A stretch of 64,000 nt of DNA from an uncultured Candidatus Saccharibacteria bacterium (GCA_964392315.1 CAYMOT010000001.1:359318-423317); one strand, 5' to 3'. Positions 1-10,370 are shown, counted from the stretch's first letter. The notes: generated by a model not told the origin, from the letters alone. Numbers and translations: made by a program.

Positions 1-413
1 CTTCTGCGATTCTTGCAGTACAAGAGGTGTCAGATGAGGATGTACCACGATATGGTACGGTAAAGTACAAGGAGAACTCAGATATTCCTAATGCAATTGA
101 GTTAGGTCTTGAAAAATTGCCAGTAGGTGAAGCTCCTTCAAATAAAGCTCAGTTTGGTAGATTTGTGTTTACTAGAGATGTGTTGGACGAAGCTACTAAG
201 GTAACTACCGGTAAAGATGGTGAATTATGGGTTATCGACTTATTGAACTCGCTAGCTCAACAAGGGAAGACGGTTATTGCTCAACCGATTGAAGGCGAAT
301 GGCTTACGACGGGTGATCCGCTTAGGTATCTCAAGGCAACGGTAGAGTTTGCGTTGGATAGAGAAGAGTATGCGAAAGATTTTAGAAAGTACCTACAAAG
401 TCTCAATTTGTAA
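1..413 (+). CDS. galU: UTP--glucose-1-phosphate uridylyltransferase, C-terminal fragment (5' end lies outside the window)
   Basis: The frame is open from window position 3; the GTG start at 27 in the ORF track is an artefact of the window edge. The translation aligns with the C-terminal half of GalU-type sugar nucleotidyltransferases (..VQEVSDEDVPRYG.., ..GRFVFTRDVL.., ..GELWVIDLLNSL..). Confidence 0.65.
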   Translation, partial: SAILAVQEVSDEDVPRYGTVKYKENSDIPNAIELGLEKLPVGEAPSNKAQFGRFVFTRDVLDEATKVTTGKDGELWVIDLLNSLAQQGKTVIAQPIEGEWLTTGDPLRYLKATVEFALDREEYAKDFRKYLQSLNL

Positions 414-794
414 TCTAAGTTGTTCCTTGCAGTCTGATTCAAACCTTCTTTCAGTGTCTGATATCTTAACAATCCCATTATTAAGTTGATTGGAAAGAGC
501 AAAATATGAGATTGGTATATCAAGATTTTTCGCGAGTATAATTTCCTCACATACCCCATCTGAGATTTCACCAAAAACCCACACTTCATCAGATATTCGT
601 ATCAGGTCATTGTTTGCCTCAATGAGACGTTTACGTTCCACTGTATCCAGTAGAAAATAGGAATACATCATAAACGCGCTGGTAGGAGTGCATCCTTCTT
701 CAAGAATGTATTTGATGATGTGCTCCCGCATGAAGAAGTTACGTTTGCTCATTGCGGCGAATATAACAGGATAGGAGGTGCGTCTTTTTTCCAT
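393..794 (-). CDS. hypothetical protein (possible nucleoside 2-deoxyribosyltransferase-like / DUF4406-like fold)
   Basis: 133-aa ORF convergent on galU. Weak resemblance (..EVWVFGEISDGVCEEIILAKNLDIPISYF..) to small Rossmann-like deoxyribosyltransferase-fold proteins. The function call is speculative. Confidence 0.35.
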   Translation of the reverse strand: MEKRRTSYPVIFAAMSKRNFFMREHIIKYILEEGCTPTSAFMMYSYFLLDTVERKRLIEANNDLIRISDEVWVFGEISDGVCEEIILAKNLDIPISYFALSNQLNNGIVKISDTERRFESDCKEQLRLQIETL

Positions 795-841
795 GGGTTG
801 ATTAAAGTATAGGTAACAAGTTAAAAGACTTGAAGGCGCAT

Positions 842-1624
842 CTATTTATTCCGTTCATTCTTAACAAATAAATACGTACCTACCATCAGGAACACAAAGA
901 TCATGACGATGATAATCAGTGCATTATATGCTGGGGGGTTGATTACTGTATATTGCGCCTCTGCAGAGCCTGTATAATAAACTCCCCTAATCATATCCAC
1001 TGCGTACCGCATAGGCGAAATCTTTGAAAGAATATCTAGGATAAACGGCAATTTTTGAATAGGATTAAAGACACCTGCGAGGAAAAACTGAGGAAACATG
1101 ACGAAAGGGAAAATTTGATTTGCGGCACGTTCCGTCGTTAAGTTAGATAATACCAATACACCAAACGCACCCCCGAGAAAGCAAATAAACAATCCGACAG
1201 GTAGCATTTTAAAAATAAATACAAGAGATATGGGTACACCAATAATGAGTCCAAACACAATAATTCCAATTGCTTGGAGCAGGGCAACTATCGACTCACC
1301 GAGTATTTTACCGATTACAATTGAGTAACGTGAGATCGGAGACACAAAAAGTTCAGCGCTAAAATCATTTTTTCTGTCTTCTATCAAGGAAATAACACCA
1401 GAGGCTGCTGATTGGAAGAGTGTCTGTCCGATGACACCAGTAAATACAAATGTCATAAAGTCATAGCCCACATTTAGGTTGGCGTCCAAGCTTCCTCCGA
1501 GTGCCCCTATGAAAAGCACGGGGAATATAAATGTTGCGATAATACGTGAACGATCCCTTAAAAATTTAAGCATGTCACGCAGTGCGATAATTGTTATAGC
1601 GTTGAGTTCATGTGTTAAATTCAT
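842..1624 (-). CDS. ABC-2 family transporter permease
   Basis: 260 aa with about 6 predicted TM helices. It overlaps the upstream ATPase gene by 4 nt (translational coupling). Confidence 0.7.
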   Translation of the reverse strand: MNLTHELNAITIIALRDMLKFLRDRSRIIATFIFPVLFIGALGGSLDANLNVGYDFMTFVFTGVIGQTLFQSAASGVISLIEDRKNDFSAELFVSPISRYSIVIGKILGESIVALLQAIGIIVFGLIIGVPISLVFIFKMLPVGLFICFLGGAFGVLVLSNLTTERAANQIFPFVMFPQFFLAGVFNPIQKLPFILDILSKISPMRYAVDMIRGVYYTGSAEAQYTVINPPAYNALIIIVMIFVFLMVGTYLFVKNERNK

Positions 1625-2577
1625 TTTTTCTCCTCACCTGCGTCTTCGACAATAGAAAGGTATGCTTCTTCGAGCGTTGGTGTGTGTGTTTTTATATCAA
1701 TCAAGCGCGTGTGTATTGAGGTGATAATATCCTGTACACTTTTATTGTCGAGATTGATTTTAAACCCATTGTCCTCAACAAAAGAATAGTGCATCTCCCC
1801 AAGCTCTTTCCTGAGTTCTTCACGATTCTGTGCATCAACAAATAGGTAATTCTGAATTAGCTGGTCTTTAATTTCTTTTGGTGTTCCCATTGAAACCACT
1901 TCACCGTGGTGGATGATACACACTTTGTCGGATCCTTCGGCTTCTTCCAAATAGTGTGTCGTCAAGAAGATGGTGATGCCTTTTTCTTTCCTGATTTTTT
2001 GCAAATATTGCCACAGAGTTTTACGACTTGCCGGGTCGAGGCCAGTAGTTGGCTCATCAAGAAACAGGACCTTTGGTTCATGCATGAGTCCTCTTACTAT
2101 TTCGAGCTTACGTTTCATGCCTCCCGAAAATGTCTTAATAGGATTGAACATCTCTTTTTCTATACCAAGCACTTCGGTAAGCTCATGGATTTTATTTTTA
2201 TAGTCACTGGGCATCAGGGAATAAGTCGGGCGAGAAGGATACAGTCCATACAAGATAGTATGAAAACGCACATTCTCTTCTGCAGTTAGGTTTTCGTCTA
2301 AGCTTGGTTTTTGGAAAATAATCCCGATGTCTTTACGAACTCTTTGAGCATCTTTTTCAACATCCATCCCATTTATCAAGACATTACCTGAGGTTTTGGA
2401 TAGAGTAGTGGTTAAAATAGAAATAGTAGTAGTCTTCCCTGCGCCATTTGGCCCAAGTAATGAGAAAAATTCGCCTTCTTCTACAGTAAAAGACACGTCG
2501 TCCACCGCGTTTGAATCACTTTTAGCATACTTTTTTGTCAGGTTTTGTACTTCAATCACGTTTGGCACAGGAGTCAT
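1621..2577 (-). CDS. ABC transporter ATP-binding protein
   Basis: Walker A GPNGAGKTT, ABC signature LSGGMKRKL and Walker B LFLDEPTTGLD are all read directly from the translation. Confidence 0.9.
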   Translation of the reverse strand: MTPVPNVIEVQNLTKKYAKSDSNAVDDVSFTVEEGEFFSLLGPNGAGKTTTISILTTTLSKTSGNVLINGMDVEKDAQRVRKDIGIIFQKPSLDENLTAEENVRFHTILYGLYPSRPTYSLMPSDYKNKIHELTEVLGIEKEMFNPIKTFSGGMKRKLEIVRGLMHEPKVLFLDEPTTGLDPASRKTLWQYLQKIRKEKGITIFLTTHYLEEAEGSDKVCIIHHGEVVSMGTPKEIKDQLIQNYLFVDAQNREELRKELGEMHYSFVEDNGFKINLDNKSVQDIITSIHTRLIDIKTHTPTLEEAYLSIVEDAGEEKK

Positions 2578-2666
2578 TATATACCCTATGTTAAAATTCC
2601 GATAAGCTATGAAAAAGGCCTACATTATTCATCGTTGGGGGGGCGTCATCTGAGGATGATTGGTAT

Positions 2667-3182
2667 ATGTCTCTCTCGGAGGAATTGCTAATGCGAGGCT
2701 ATAATTCAGTCGTACCTACAATGCCGAAAACTGATGTACCGGTAATAGAAGCGTGGGTTGACCATTTGCGTAGTGTGGTTGATGAAGATGATTTGGAAGA
2801 TGCAGTGTTTGTCGGCCACTCAATTGGATGTCAGACTATACTTCGTTATTTTGAAACACTCCCAATTGGTGCAAAAGTGGGAGGCTGCTTTTTTGTTGCG
2901 GGTTGGTTGCATCTAGAAAATCTCGAAAATGAAGAAGTCGAGAACGTTGCTGAGCCATGGCTGACAACGCCGATTGATTTTGAGAAAGTGAGAGCTGTAT
3001 GTGATAGGTTTGTCGCGGTGTTTTCGACAAATGATCCATATGTGCCGCCTTCAGATGCAGAGCTGTTCAAAAAATACTGTAATGCTGAAGTAATCATCCA
3101 AGAAAATGCCGGACACTTTACTGCAGAGGACGGATACACTAAACCTCCCAAAGAAATAATTACAACCTTGGAGAATTCATAG
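2667..3182 (+). CDS. alpha/beta hydrolase (YdeN/RBBP9-like serine hydrolase)
   Basis: GHSIG nucleophile-elbow motif and a C-terminal DPYVP...AGHF arrangement. It is a paralog of the ORF at 23782..24372. Confidence 0.6.
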   Translation: MSLSEELLMRGYNSVVPTMPKTDVPVIEAWVDHLRSVVDEDDLEDAVFVGHSIGCQTILRYFETLPIGAKVGGCFFVAGWLHLENLENEEVENVAEPWLTTPIDFEKVRAVCDRFVAVFSTNDPYVPPSDAELFKKYCNAEVIIQENAGHFTAEDGYTKPPKEIITTLENS

Positions 3183-3284
3183 TTCCACCAGGTTTAGGAT
3201 TGTTGTCAACAAACTCTAAAATAAGGTCCAGCTCTATCGAAAAACTCTTACCTGTTTTTAATCTATGCCTCATATAATCAAACC

Positions 3285-4121
3285 ATGGCAGTATGGGACA
3301 AAATCACAAGCCGTGGTAATGTGGAAGACCGGCGCGGTATGGCACCGGTGATGGGAGGACTTGGCATCGGAGGAGTAGTCCTTTACTTAGCTCTGACGTA
3401 CCTAACCGGTGGACAAGTTGATATTGGGGAGATACTTACGCAACTAGAGAATTCCGGTATCACCACACAAAACTATTTATCTCGAGAAGAATTTGAAGGC
3501 CTTGATAGCTATGAGGAGTTTGCAGCGACGGTTCTTGGCTCTAATGATGAAATGTGGCAGGAGCTATTTGCCGAGAGTGGTGAGGTGTATGTGCCGCCAA
3601 AATTAGTCTTATTTCGGACTGCAACGCAATCGGCGTGTGGTGTTGCTTCTTCGCAGGTAGGCCCGCATTATTGCCCATTAGATCAAACCATTTATTTGGA
3701 TGAAACATTTTTTGATGAATTACAAAATCGTTTTGGTGCGCTCGGTGGTGATGTGGCTGAAGCGTATGTTATTGCCCATGAAGTCGGCCATCATGTGCAA
3801 AATCAATTGGGAACCTTACAGCGGGTGCAGCAAGCACGCTCATCGGAAGCAAACGAGGAGTCTATTAAACTTGAGCTTCAAGCTGATTGCTACGCAGGAT
3901 TATGGGCAAATTCTTTGAAGGATATGGAGGTATTTATGCCCGGTGAAATAGAAGAAGCAATCGATGCGGCTGAGGCAGTTGGGGATGACCGAATTCAAGA
4001 AAAAGTGTCTGGATATGTGAACCCGGAAACGTGGACACACGGCTCATCTACACAGCGTAAAGAGTGGTTTAACCGAGGATATGAATCAGGAGATTTGGTA
4101 GCATGCGATACTTTTGAGTAG
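3285..4121 (+). CDS. YpfJ-family putative neutral zinc metallopeptidase
   Basis: N-terminal TM segment (GGLGIGGVVLYLALTYL) and HExxH motif (AHEVGHHVQ). Overall similarity to the YpfJ / Zn_peptidase family. Confidence 0.75.
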   Translation: MAVWDKITSRGNVEDRRGMAPVMGGLGIGGVVLYLALTYLTGGQVDIGEILTQLENSGITTQNYLSREEFEGLDSYEEFAATVLGSNDEMWQELFAESGEVYVPPKLVLFRTATQSACGVASSQVGPHYCPLDQTIYLDETFFDELQNRFGALGGDVAEAYVIAHEVGHHVQNQLGTLQRVQQARSSEANEESIKLELQADCYAGLWANSLKDMEVFMPGEIEEAIDAAEAVGDDRIQEKVSGYVNPETWTHGSSTQRKEWFNRGYESGDLVACDTFE

Positions 4122-4139
4122 TGTGCGATAATTGAGATC

Positions 4140-5009
4140 ATGGATAATCCTCTTAGTACCCAAGCGTTTACTCTAAAGCAAAATGCTGATGACTTACGGA
4201 ATCAAGGTAAAACCAAAGAAGCAATTGAGAAATATCAGGAGACAATACAACTATTTGATCAGGTTGGAGACAAGAATAAAGTTGCCGAAATGTGGCAAAT
4301 GATAGGTGTATGTCATAAAATGGAGAACAATCTCCCACGTGCAATTGAGGCGTTACAAGTTGCTGTCAAGCTATTTGAAGATATCCATGATGATCAGGGT
4401 TTAGGAAATACCTATAGAGATATTGCAATAACATACACGTATGATCATCAATATAGTGAAGCGTTTCCCTGGTTTGAAAAAAGCGTTCACATCTTAGAAA
4501 AAACAGACGACACCGTTGCATTAGGTATAACCATAGTAAAAAGAGGGCTTACATATGTGTACCTAAAGATGTATGAGGAGGCTGAAGAAGATATGAGGCA
4601 GGGGTTGTCATTAATCCGAAGCAAAGGTAACTGGTTTATGGAAATGACTGCCCTGTTAAATTATGCTGGATTAGATGCAGTATTAGAACGCTTTGATGAT
4701 GCATTAAACAAATTGTGGGCAGCGTTTGGCATTTTACTTTATGAGGGCGAGCAAGAACAACAAAGCCGACGTGTCGCGCAGATCTTTGGTCTTCTCGCAC
4801 TTTGCTATTTAAAACTTGGTAATAGAGAATTTGCAATTAAGTTTTTAACTAATGCGCTGGAGTTACTTAAAGGTATGAGCGAGGAAATTAGAAAACCAGT
4901 CTATGAAGATATAAATTTAGCTAGTTTATTAAATGAATTAGACGAATTAGATAAAGAGTCGATAGAAAAACTAAAACACAATTTTGCATTTATAAAAAGT
5001 GTTATTTAA
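4140..5009 (+). CDS. TPR-like repeat protein
   Basis: 289-aa soluble protein with repeated helical hairpin units of TPR type (..AIEKYQETIQLFDQVGD.., ..AIEALQVAVKLFEDIHD..). Confidence 0.4.
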   Translation: MDNPLSTQAFTLKQNADDLRNQGKTKEAIEKYQETIQLFDQVGDKNKVAEMWQMIGVCHKMENNLPRAIEALQVAVKLFEDIHDDQGLGNTYRDIAITYTYDHQYSEAFPWFEKSVHILEKTDDTVALGITIVKRGLTYVYLKMYEEAEEDMRQGLSLIRSKGNWFMEMTALLNYAGLDAVLERFDDALNKLWAAFGILLYEGEQEQQSRRVAQIFGLLALCYLKLGNREFAIKFLTNALELLKGMSEEIRKPVYEDINLASLLNELDELDKESIEKLKHNFAFIKSVI

Positions 5010-5063
5010 TCGAGAAAGTCATAAGGTACACCATTCATGAATGGTAAAAGAATTAGATAGATT

Positions 5064-5792
5064 ATGGACCTGAAAAACAAAGTTGCATTGGTTACTGGTG
5101 GATCGAGTGGCATAGGGCAGGCTATTGCTATTGCCTTGGCACAAGAGGAATGTACAGTAATCTTTACTTATAATACAAACGAAAAGGGAGCGGACGAAAC
5201 GTTAAAGCAACTTGGTGATACAGCTGCAAAATTTAAGGTTGAGATGCACAATGAGGAGGAGGTTACCGAGTTGTTTTCTTTTATAAACTCAAGTTATGGG
5301 AGTCTCGACGTTTTGGTTAACAATGCCGGTATCAATAGGCCGAGAGGGTTGTTTGACCCACAAGACTGGAGAGAAATTTTTGAAGTGGATTTGTTTTCGA
5401 TAGTTTTAACCACGGGGCTCGCAGTCGAGATGATGAGAAACGGGGGGAAAATAGTAAATATCACTTCTATCTATGGAGAGGCGAAAGCTTGTTATAAGGG
5501 GATCGCACCGTATGGTGCAGCGAAAGCGGCACTCAATCATTACACGCAGATTCTGGCCAAAAATTTAGCCCCGAATATATTAGTAAATGCAATTGCTCCT
5601 GGGTATGTGCGAACACCATTGTGGGGAAACAAAACAGAGGAAGAATTCCAAGATGCCGGTAAAGAACAACTAATTGGACGAATGATCAAGCCAGAAGAAA
5701 TCGCTGACATGGCAGTGGCAATCATCAAGAACGATGCAATGACTGGGGAAATTGTTGTCATTGACGGAGGTATTTCTTTGAAAACTGTCTAA
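5064..5792 (+). CDS. SDR-family oxidoreductase (FabG-like)
   Basis: TGGSSGIGQAIA cofactor-binding motif, NNAG, and catalytic YGAAK. Confidence 0.85.
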   Translation: MDLKNKVALVTGGSSGIGQAIAIALAQEECTVIFTYNTNEKGADETLKQLGDTAAKFKVEMHNEEEVTELFSFINSSYGSLDVLVNNAGINRPRGLFDPQDWREIFEVDLFSIVLTTGLAVEMMRNGGKIVNITSIYGEAKACYKGIAPYGAAKAALNHYTQILAKNLAPNILVNAIAPGYVRTPLWGNKTEEEFQDAGKEQLIGRMIKPEEIADMAVAIIKNDAMTGEIVVIDGGISLKTV

Positions 5793-5801
5793 GCAGTTAC
5801 T

Positions 5802-6791
5802 ATGAAAATTGAAATTAGAACAGTAGGAGAGCTACTCATTAACGCACTACTAAACAAAAAATTTTCACGAGAGGAGGCAGAGATTGTGGCGGATGATTAC
5901 TTAGAAGGAGAGCTTCTAGGGAAACCGAGCCACGGATTGATGGCGTTCCCTGGTCTTATTGAGAAACTAGATGGGAAACGGCAGCCGTATGAGATCATAA
6001 AACAATCCCACTCTTGTGTCTTAATAGATGCAAAAGAATCACATGGCGCATACGTCGGGAGAAAGGCTGCTGATATGGCCATTGACATGTCAGAACGTGA
6101 AGGTGTGGGTGTTGCATTGATTAAAGACCAGATGACCTGGCTGCGGCCAGGAGGCATTGCGCAATATGTAGCGGATAGAGGATACATAGGTATAGTGATG
6201 AATAACGGAGGGAAACCAATGATGGCGCCACCTGGAGGATATGATCCGGTCATTGGTACCAATCCAATAGGTATAGGAATTCCGACGGATGCTGATCCAA
6301 TCGTGGCTGACATGGCAACGTCAATTAAGGCATGGGGCGAGGTGAAAATGGCAGAAAATGAGAAGAGGAAACTTCCGGAAGACATGTTTTTAGATAACCA
6401 GGGAGCGTTTGCAGCTAACCCGGAAGACGCGTATTCAGTACTACCGGCGGGTGGGTATAAAGGATTCGCCTTTGGGCTTTTGGTTGAAATTCTGACGGGA
6501 TCATTTCTCGGCAGATTAATGGGACCTGCACAGATGAACAGCGATTATAAAAAGTTAACAAGAGGTGGGGTAATACTCGTTTTGAATTCGAATTTTGGTA
6601 CAACGGTAGAGTTGTTTAGGTCGGCCAATAGTGAACTTGTTAATAACATAAGATCTTCTAGAAAGCTAAAAGATGTAGATGAGATTCTCGTTCCTGGTGA
6701 GAGTGCATTGAGAACGAAGCGTGCGTTTGAGAAGGATGGATGCATAGATATTGACAATACGTTATGGGAGCGGCTTGAAGGTTTGGCCTAA
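5802..6791 (+). CDS. Ldh_2 family malate/L-lactate (sulfolactate-type) dehydrogenase
   Basis: 329 aa with ..KPSHGL.. and ..IGTNPIGIGIP.. motifs typical of the Ldh_2 (PF02615) family. Confidence 0.6.
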   Translation: MKIEIRTVGELLINALLNKKFSREEAEIVADDYLEGELLGKPSHGLMAFPGLIEKLDGKRQPYEIIKQSHSCVLIDAKESHGAYVGRKAADMAIDMSEREGVGVALIKDQMTWLRPGGIAQYVADRGYIGIVMNNGGKPMMAPPGGYDPVIGTNPIGIGIPTDADPIVADMATSIKAWGEVKMAENEKRKLPEDMFLDNQGAFAANPEDAYSVLPAGGYKGFAFGLLVEILTGSFLGRLMGPAQMNSDYKKLTRGGVILVLNSNFGTTVELFRSANSELVNNIRSSRKLKDVDEILVPGESALRTKRAFEKDGCIDIDNTLWERLEGLA

Positions 6792-6859
6792 TCATCTGGG
6801 ACTAAGTTTTATAACTACTACCCATTTATACTCGTTAGATAATCTTATATACTTCCCGC

Positions 6860-7915
6860 ATGTCATTACAAGCAGGGCTTGTTGGCCTGCCAAACGTCGG
6901 AAAATCAACTTTGTTTAACGCACTTCTTTCGCGGCAGGTTGCCGAAGCGGCAAATTACCCGTTTTGCACCATTGACCCAAATGTGGGTGTAGTGGAGGTG
7001 CCCGACGAGCGGTTGGAGGTATTGGCAAAAACTGTACATACCGAAAAAATTGTTCCAGCTGCTATTGAGTTTGTCGATATTGCAGGACTTGTAGAGGGTG
7101 CACATAAGGGTGAAGGGCTGGGGAACAAATTCCTGTCACATATTCGTGAGGTTGATGTGCTTATCTTTGTACTGCGTAATTTTCGTGATGAAAACATTGC
7201 TCGTGCTGGAAGTAAGAGTCCTCTGAATGATCTTCGAGTATTAGAAACAGAATTACAATTAGCTGATCTACAAGTACTCGAACGGCAAAAAGAACCTCGA
7301 GGTGCATTTACGAAGGAAGAGGGTTTTCGGTGGGCAGCAGTGAGTAAACTACGGACAGTTTTGGAAAATGGAGGAAACGCACGAGATGTATTTTTGTCAG
7401 AAGACGAAGATAAAGAGATCAGGTCATTTGGTTTGTTGACACGTAAACCAGCGATTGTTGTTTTAAATGCCGATGAAGAGAGTATTACGGTGCAAGACCG
7501 AGAGATCGAAGGCTATGCAGTTATCACGTTATGTGCAAAACTTGAGGCGGAAATGGCCGGTATGTCATTGTTGGAACGTCGTGAATTATTGCATGCATAT
7601 GGTGTTACTGAACCGGGCCTGAATAGTCTGATCAAGATAACATACACGACATTAGGGTTAATGACATTTTTAACTGCTGGTACGCTAGAGGCACGTGCTT
7701 GGCCGATACCGGTTAGCACTAAGGCGCCCCAGGCAGCAGGAACAATTCACACCGATTTTGAGAAGGGTTTTGTAAAGGCAAAAGTTGTCACCTATGAAGA
7801 TTTCGTATCGTGCGCCGGTTGGCATGGCGCAAAAGAAGCAGGAAAAATCAGACTGGAAGGTAAAGAGTATATTATGCACGAAGGTGATGTGGTTGAGTTT
7901 ATGGTGAATAGTTAA
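6860..7915 (+). CDS. ychF: ribosome-binding ATPase YchF (Obg-family GTPase)
   Basis: N-terminal G1 motif GLVGLPNVGKSTLFNAL, a coiled-coil insert and a C-terminal TGS domain (..HTDFEKGFVKAKV..). Confidence 0.9.
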   Translation: MSLQAGLVGLPNVGKSTLFNALLSRQVAEAANYPFCTIDPNVGVVEVPDERLEVLAKTVHTEKIVPAAIEFVDIAGLVEGAHKGEGLGNKFLSHIREVDVLIFVLRNFRDENIARAGSKSPLNDLRVLETELQLADLQVLERQKEPRGAFTKEEGFRWAAVSKLRTVLENGGNARDVFLSEDEDKEIRSFGLLTRKPAIVVLNADEESITVQDREIEGYAVITLCAKLEAEMAGMSLLERRELLHAYGVTEPGLNSLIKITYTTLGLMTFLTAGTLEARAWPIPVSTKAPQAAGTIHTDFEKGFVKAKVVTYEDFVSCAGWHGAKEAGKIRLEGKEYIMHEGDVVEFMVNS

Positions 7916-7942
7916 ATATTGAAAATTTAGACATATGTATTC

Positions 7943-8749
7943 ATGGAAAAGGATAATATTATCGACCAGCTTAAAGATTTTTACCGCGAGAGTTACCGGC
8001 TTGTAAATAAAGGAGACGTGCATGGGCTGCGTGAGCTGTATATGCAGACTTCGCGCAAATTTGCACAGAATATTCCGGTCACCTACTTTGGGTTACAGCA
8101 CCTGCATTCTATACGCGTACGATATCCGAATATTATTATTGCTGCGAACCATATCACTACACCTAGTTTTTTTCCGATAACCGATGAAGACTTTTTGAGT
8201 GAGCTTGGCCTGGAGAGAGAAACGCTTGACTGGCAGCAAATTCAGCCGTTAATTTTGCGACATTATCCCTTGGTATGTTTAGCAATTGAGTTTGGATATA
8301 CACCTGCAGTAGTGTCGTCTGAGGACCCAACGATACTTGGCAAATTCAATGCTGGATGGGGAAGCATTCTTATCCCACAAATGGGCGGGAATCGGCTAAA
8401 ATATTTAAAAGATCAGATTAAAGAGTATCGAGCCGAACGAAGGGGTTTGATTATTTTTCCAGAAGGACAAGATTCTCCCGACTATCCGCCCGAAAACTAT
8501 TATCGTCTTGAGGAATTTAAAAGCGGATTTGCAGTCGTTGCGCATGACTTCGCGTTTCCAGTCATCCCAGTTTCGATGACATTCAATATGAATGTGTTGA
8601 GTTACACAGTGAGGGTTAACGAACCTCTGCTCCCCCCACATGATGATATTGAGTACGTACGTAAAACTTCAAAAAATCGGGTAGAACAGGGCATACGTCA
8701 GAATTTAGCGGTTCTCAGTATTAGCCGAGTAAGTGTCAGTAATATATGA
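7943..8749 (+). CDS. hypothetical protein, possibly lysophospholipid acyltransferase-like
   Basis: Contains an ..AANH.. block and an FPEG motif (IIFPEGQD) reminiscent of PlsC-type acyltransferase motifs I and III. The match is weak. Confidence 0.35.
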   Translation: MEKDNIIDQLKDFYRESYRLVNKGDVHGLRELYMQTSRKFAQNIPVTYFGLQHLHSIRVRYPNIIIAANHITTPSFFPITDEDFLSELGLERETLDWQQIQPLILRHYPLVCLAIEFGYTPAVVSSEDPTILGKFNAGWGSILIPQMGGNRLKYLKDQIKEYRAERRGLIIFPEGQDSPDYPPENYYRLEEFKSGFAVVAHDFAFPVIPVSMTFNMNVLSYTVRVNEPLLPPHDDIEYVRKTSKNRVEQGIRQNLAVLSISRVSVSNI

Positions 8750-9331
8750 AATGATCCACTGCTTGATCTTTTCGTGGCCGTTGGCGTTTAGATGTAGCCC
8801 ATCAGTATGGAGAAATCGCTTAATAACGATGCGTGAAAATCTCTGATAAAGGTTAATACAGGCAACCTTTTCTTCGTTACAAATTTCTACTAAGCGTTTT
8901 GCATATTCTTTGACGTCTTTGTTGTAATAATAGAATCCAAAAAGGTGTGGGTTTTTTTTATCATCTACTGGAGACGGCGTAAGTACGAGCACATCTTCAG
9001 CAATTTCTTTTGCTATAGTAATCAATGTATAGGCGTTTTTCTCGAATTCAGCAAGGGATATATCGTGCGGGCTGTTTTGCGATGCGTGACCTGTGTCGTT
9101 AGTACCAATATGCAAGACGATGAGGTGCGGTTTGCGATGACCTAATTCGATAGGTGCCCGATGAAGCATGTCGTCAGTTGATTCACCTGGAATACCGAGA
9201 TTGTACAGTGTTACTGGTATCTGTTTCTTAATAAACCATTTATGAATGCGGTTGACATATCCTCCTTCTTTTCGATCTGCTTCGCCGTAGACGCTACTCG
9301 AACCTATGAAAGCAATGCTTGTCACGTGCAT
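8705..9331 (-). CDS. SGNH/GDSL-family hydrolase
   Basis: Block I IAFIGSSSVYG, block III LHIGTNDT and block V DGLHLNANGH. Confidence 0.7.
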   Translation of the reverse strand: MHVTSIAFIGSSSVYGEADRKEGGYVNRIHKWFIKKQIPVTLYNLGIPGESTDDMLHRAPIELGHRKPHLIVLHIGTNDTGHASQNSPHDISLAEFEKNAYTLITIAKEIAEDVLVLTPSPVDDKKNPHLFGFYYYNKDVKEYAKRLVEICNEEKVACINLYQRFSRIVIKRFLHTDGLHLNANGHEKIKQWIISYITDTYSANTENR

Positions 9332-9336
9332 ATAAA

Positions 9337-9936
9337 TTATATTAACAGACTTTTAATTATTTCAATGTCTTTGCTCATGGTTTGTTTGAGGCTCGGGTTA
9401 TAGAGGGCAGCGGCTGGATGGTAGAGGGGTATTATTTGAACCTGTCCATAGGATGTTTTTGCATTAAAAACTTTTCCGTGTATTGCAGAAATGGATTTGT
9501 CACTGTCTGGGACTTTGCACACGTCAAGAATGAATTTCATGGAATATCTTCCTAAGGTTACTACAACGGCTGGTTTAATTATTGCCAGTTGTTGTATGAG
9601 GATTTGGCTATAATATGTTATTTCTTCAGGTAATGGATCTCGGTTTCCGGGAGGACGGTCTTTGACGATATTGGAAATATAAACATCCTCGCGCCTCAAG
9701 CCAATGTGGTCAAACAACTCATCGAGCACTTTGCCGGCAGCACCACAGAATGGCTTTCCCGTTATTGCTTCATTTTCACCAGGTGCTTCGCCAACGAACA
9801 CGATAGTTGCGTTAGGGCTTCCTTCGCCTAGGACTGGTTTGTAATTATGTGTTGTACGGTATGAATATAGTGGTGCGTTGGTATCAGCCAAAAGCTGATC
9901 GTATAGTTTGTCGAGTTGTGCTTGTTTGGTACTCAT
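9337..9936 (-). CDS. uracil-DNA glycosylase, family 4
   Basis: GEAPGENE motif followed by ..GKPFCGAAGKVLDE.., typical of family-4 UDGs. The start is chosen at the internal ATG (MSTKQAQ..) rather than the upstream ATG of the track ORF. Confidence 0.8.
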   Translation of the reverse strand: MSTKQAQLDKLYDQLLADTNAPLYSYRTTHNYKPVLGEGSPNATIVFVGEAPGENEAITGKPFCGAAGKVLDELFDHIGLRREDVYISNIVKDRPPGNRDPLPEEITYYSQILIQQLAIIKPAVVVTLGRYSMKFILDVCKVPDSDKSISAIHGKVFNAKTSYGQVQIIPLYHPAAALYNPSLKQTMSKDIEIIKSLLI

Positions 9937-9998
9937 GTACTCCCATTGTATCAAGAACAATTCGGTTTACTTTTTATATAGACCTTGGTAATCTTTAG

Positions 9999-10370
9999 AT
10001 GATGGACAAAAGAATTCTCATAGTAGAAGACGATACAGATATTGCGTTTCTTTATCAGTCTGCGCTCGAAGAAGCAGGATACGCTGTTGAGGTTGCGCCG
10101 GATGGAGATCAAGGACTCGCAAAAATACATGAAAATCATTACGATCTTGTATTATTAGACATGATGCTTCCTGGAAAGCATGGAATGTCAGTACTCAAAG
10201 AGCTCAAATCATCTGAAGAAAAAAAGGACCTGCTCGTATATGTTCTCTCGGCACTAAGCGATGATATCCTCGAGGATCAGGCAAAAAACAGTGGCGCGGA
10301 TGGGTATTTCGTAAAAGCAGACTATAACCCCGGACAACTTGTAGACGAGATCGATAAGATCTTTGCGTAA
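9999..10370 (+). CDS. single-domain response regulator (CheY-like receiver)
   Basis: ILIVEDD..., the phospho-acceptor context LLDMMLP and the conserved Lys region. There is no output domain. Confidence 0.85.
   Translation: MMDKRILIVEDDTDIAFLYQSALEEAGYAVEVAPDGDQGLAKIHENHYDLVLLDMMLPGKHGMSVLKELKSSEEKKDLLVYVLSALSDDILEDQAKNSGADGYFVKADYNPGQLVDEIDKIFA

Noticed and set aside
1906-2289. 127-aa and 77-aa plus-strand ORFs
   Set aside because: They are antisense inside the ABC ATPase gene, which has Walker A, signature and Walker B motifs.
5897-6385. 162-aa minus-strand ORF
   Set aside because: It is embedded antisense within the well-supported Ldh_2-family gene. Its Pro/Gly/Ser-rich composition is typical of a shadow ORF.
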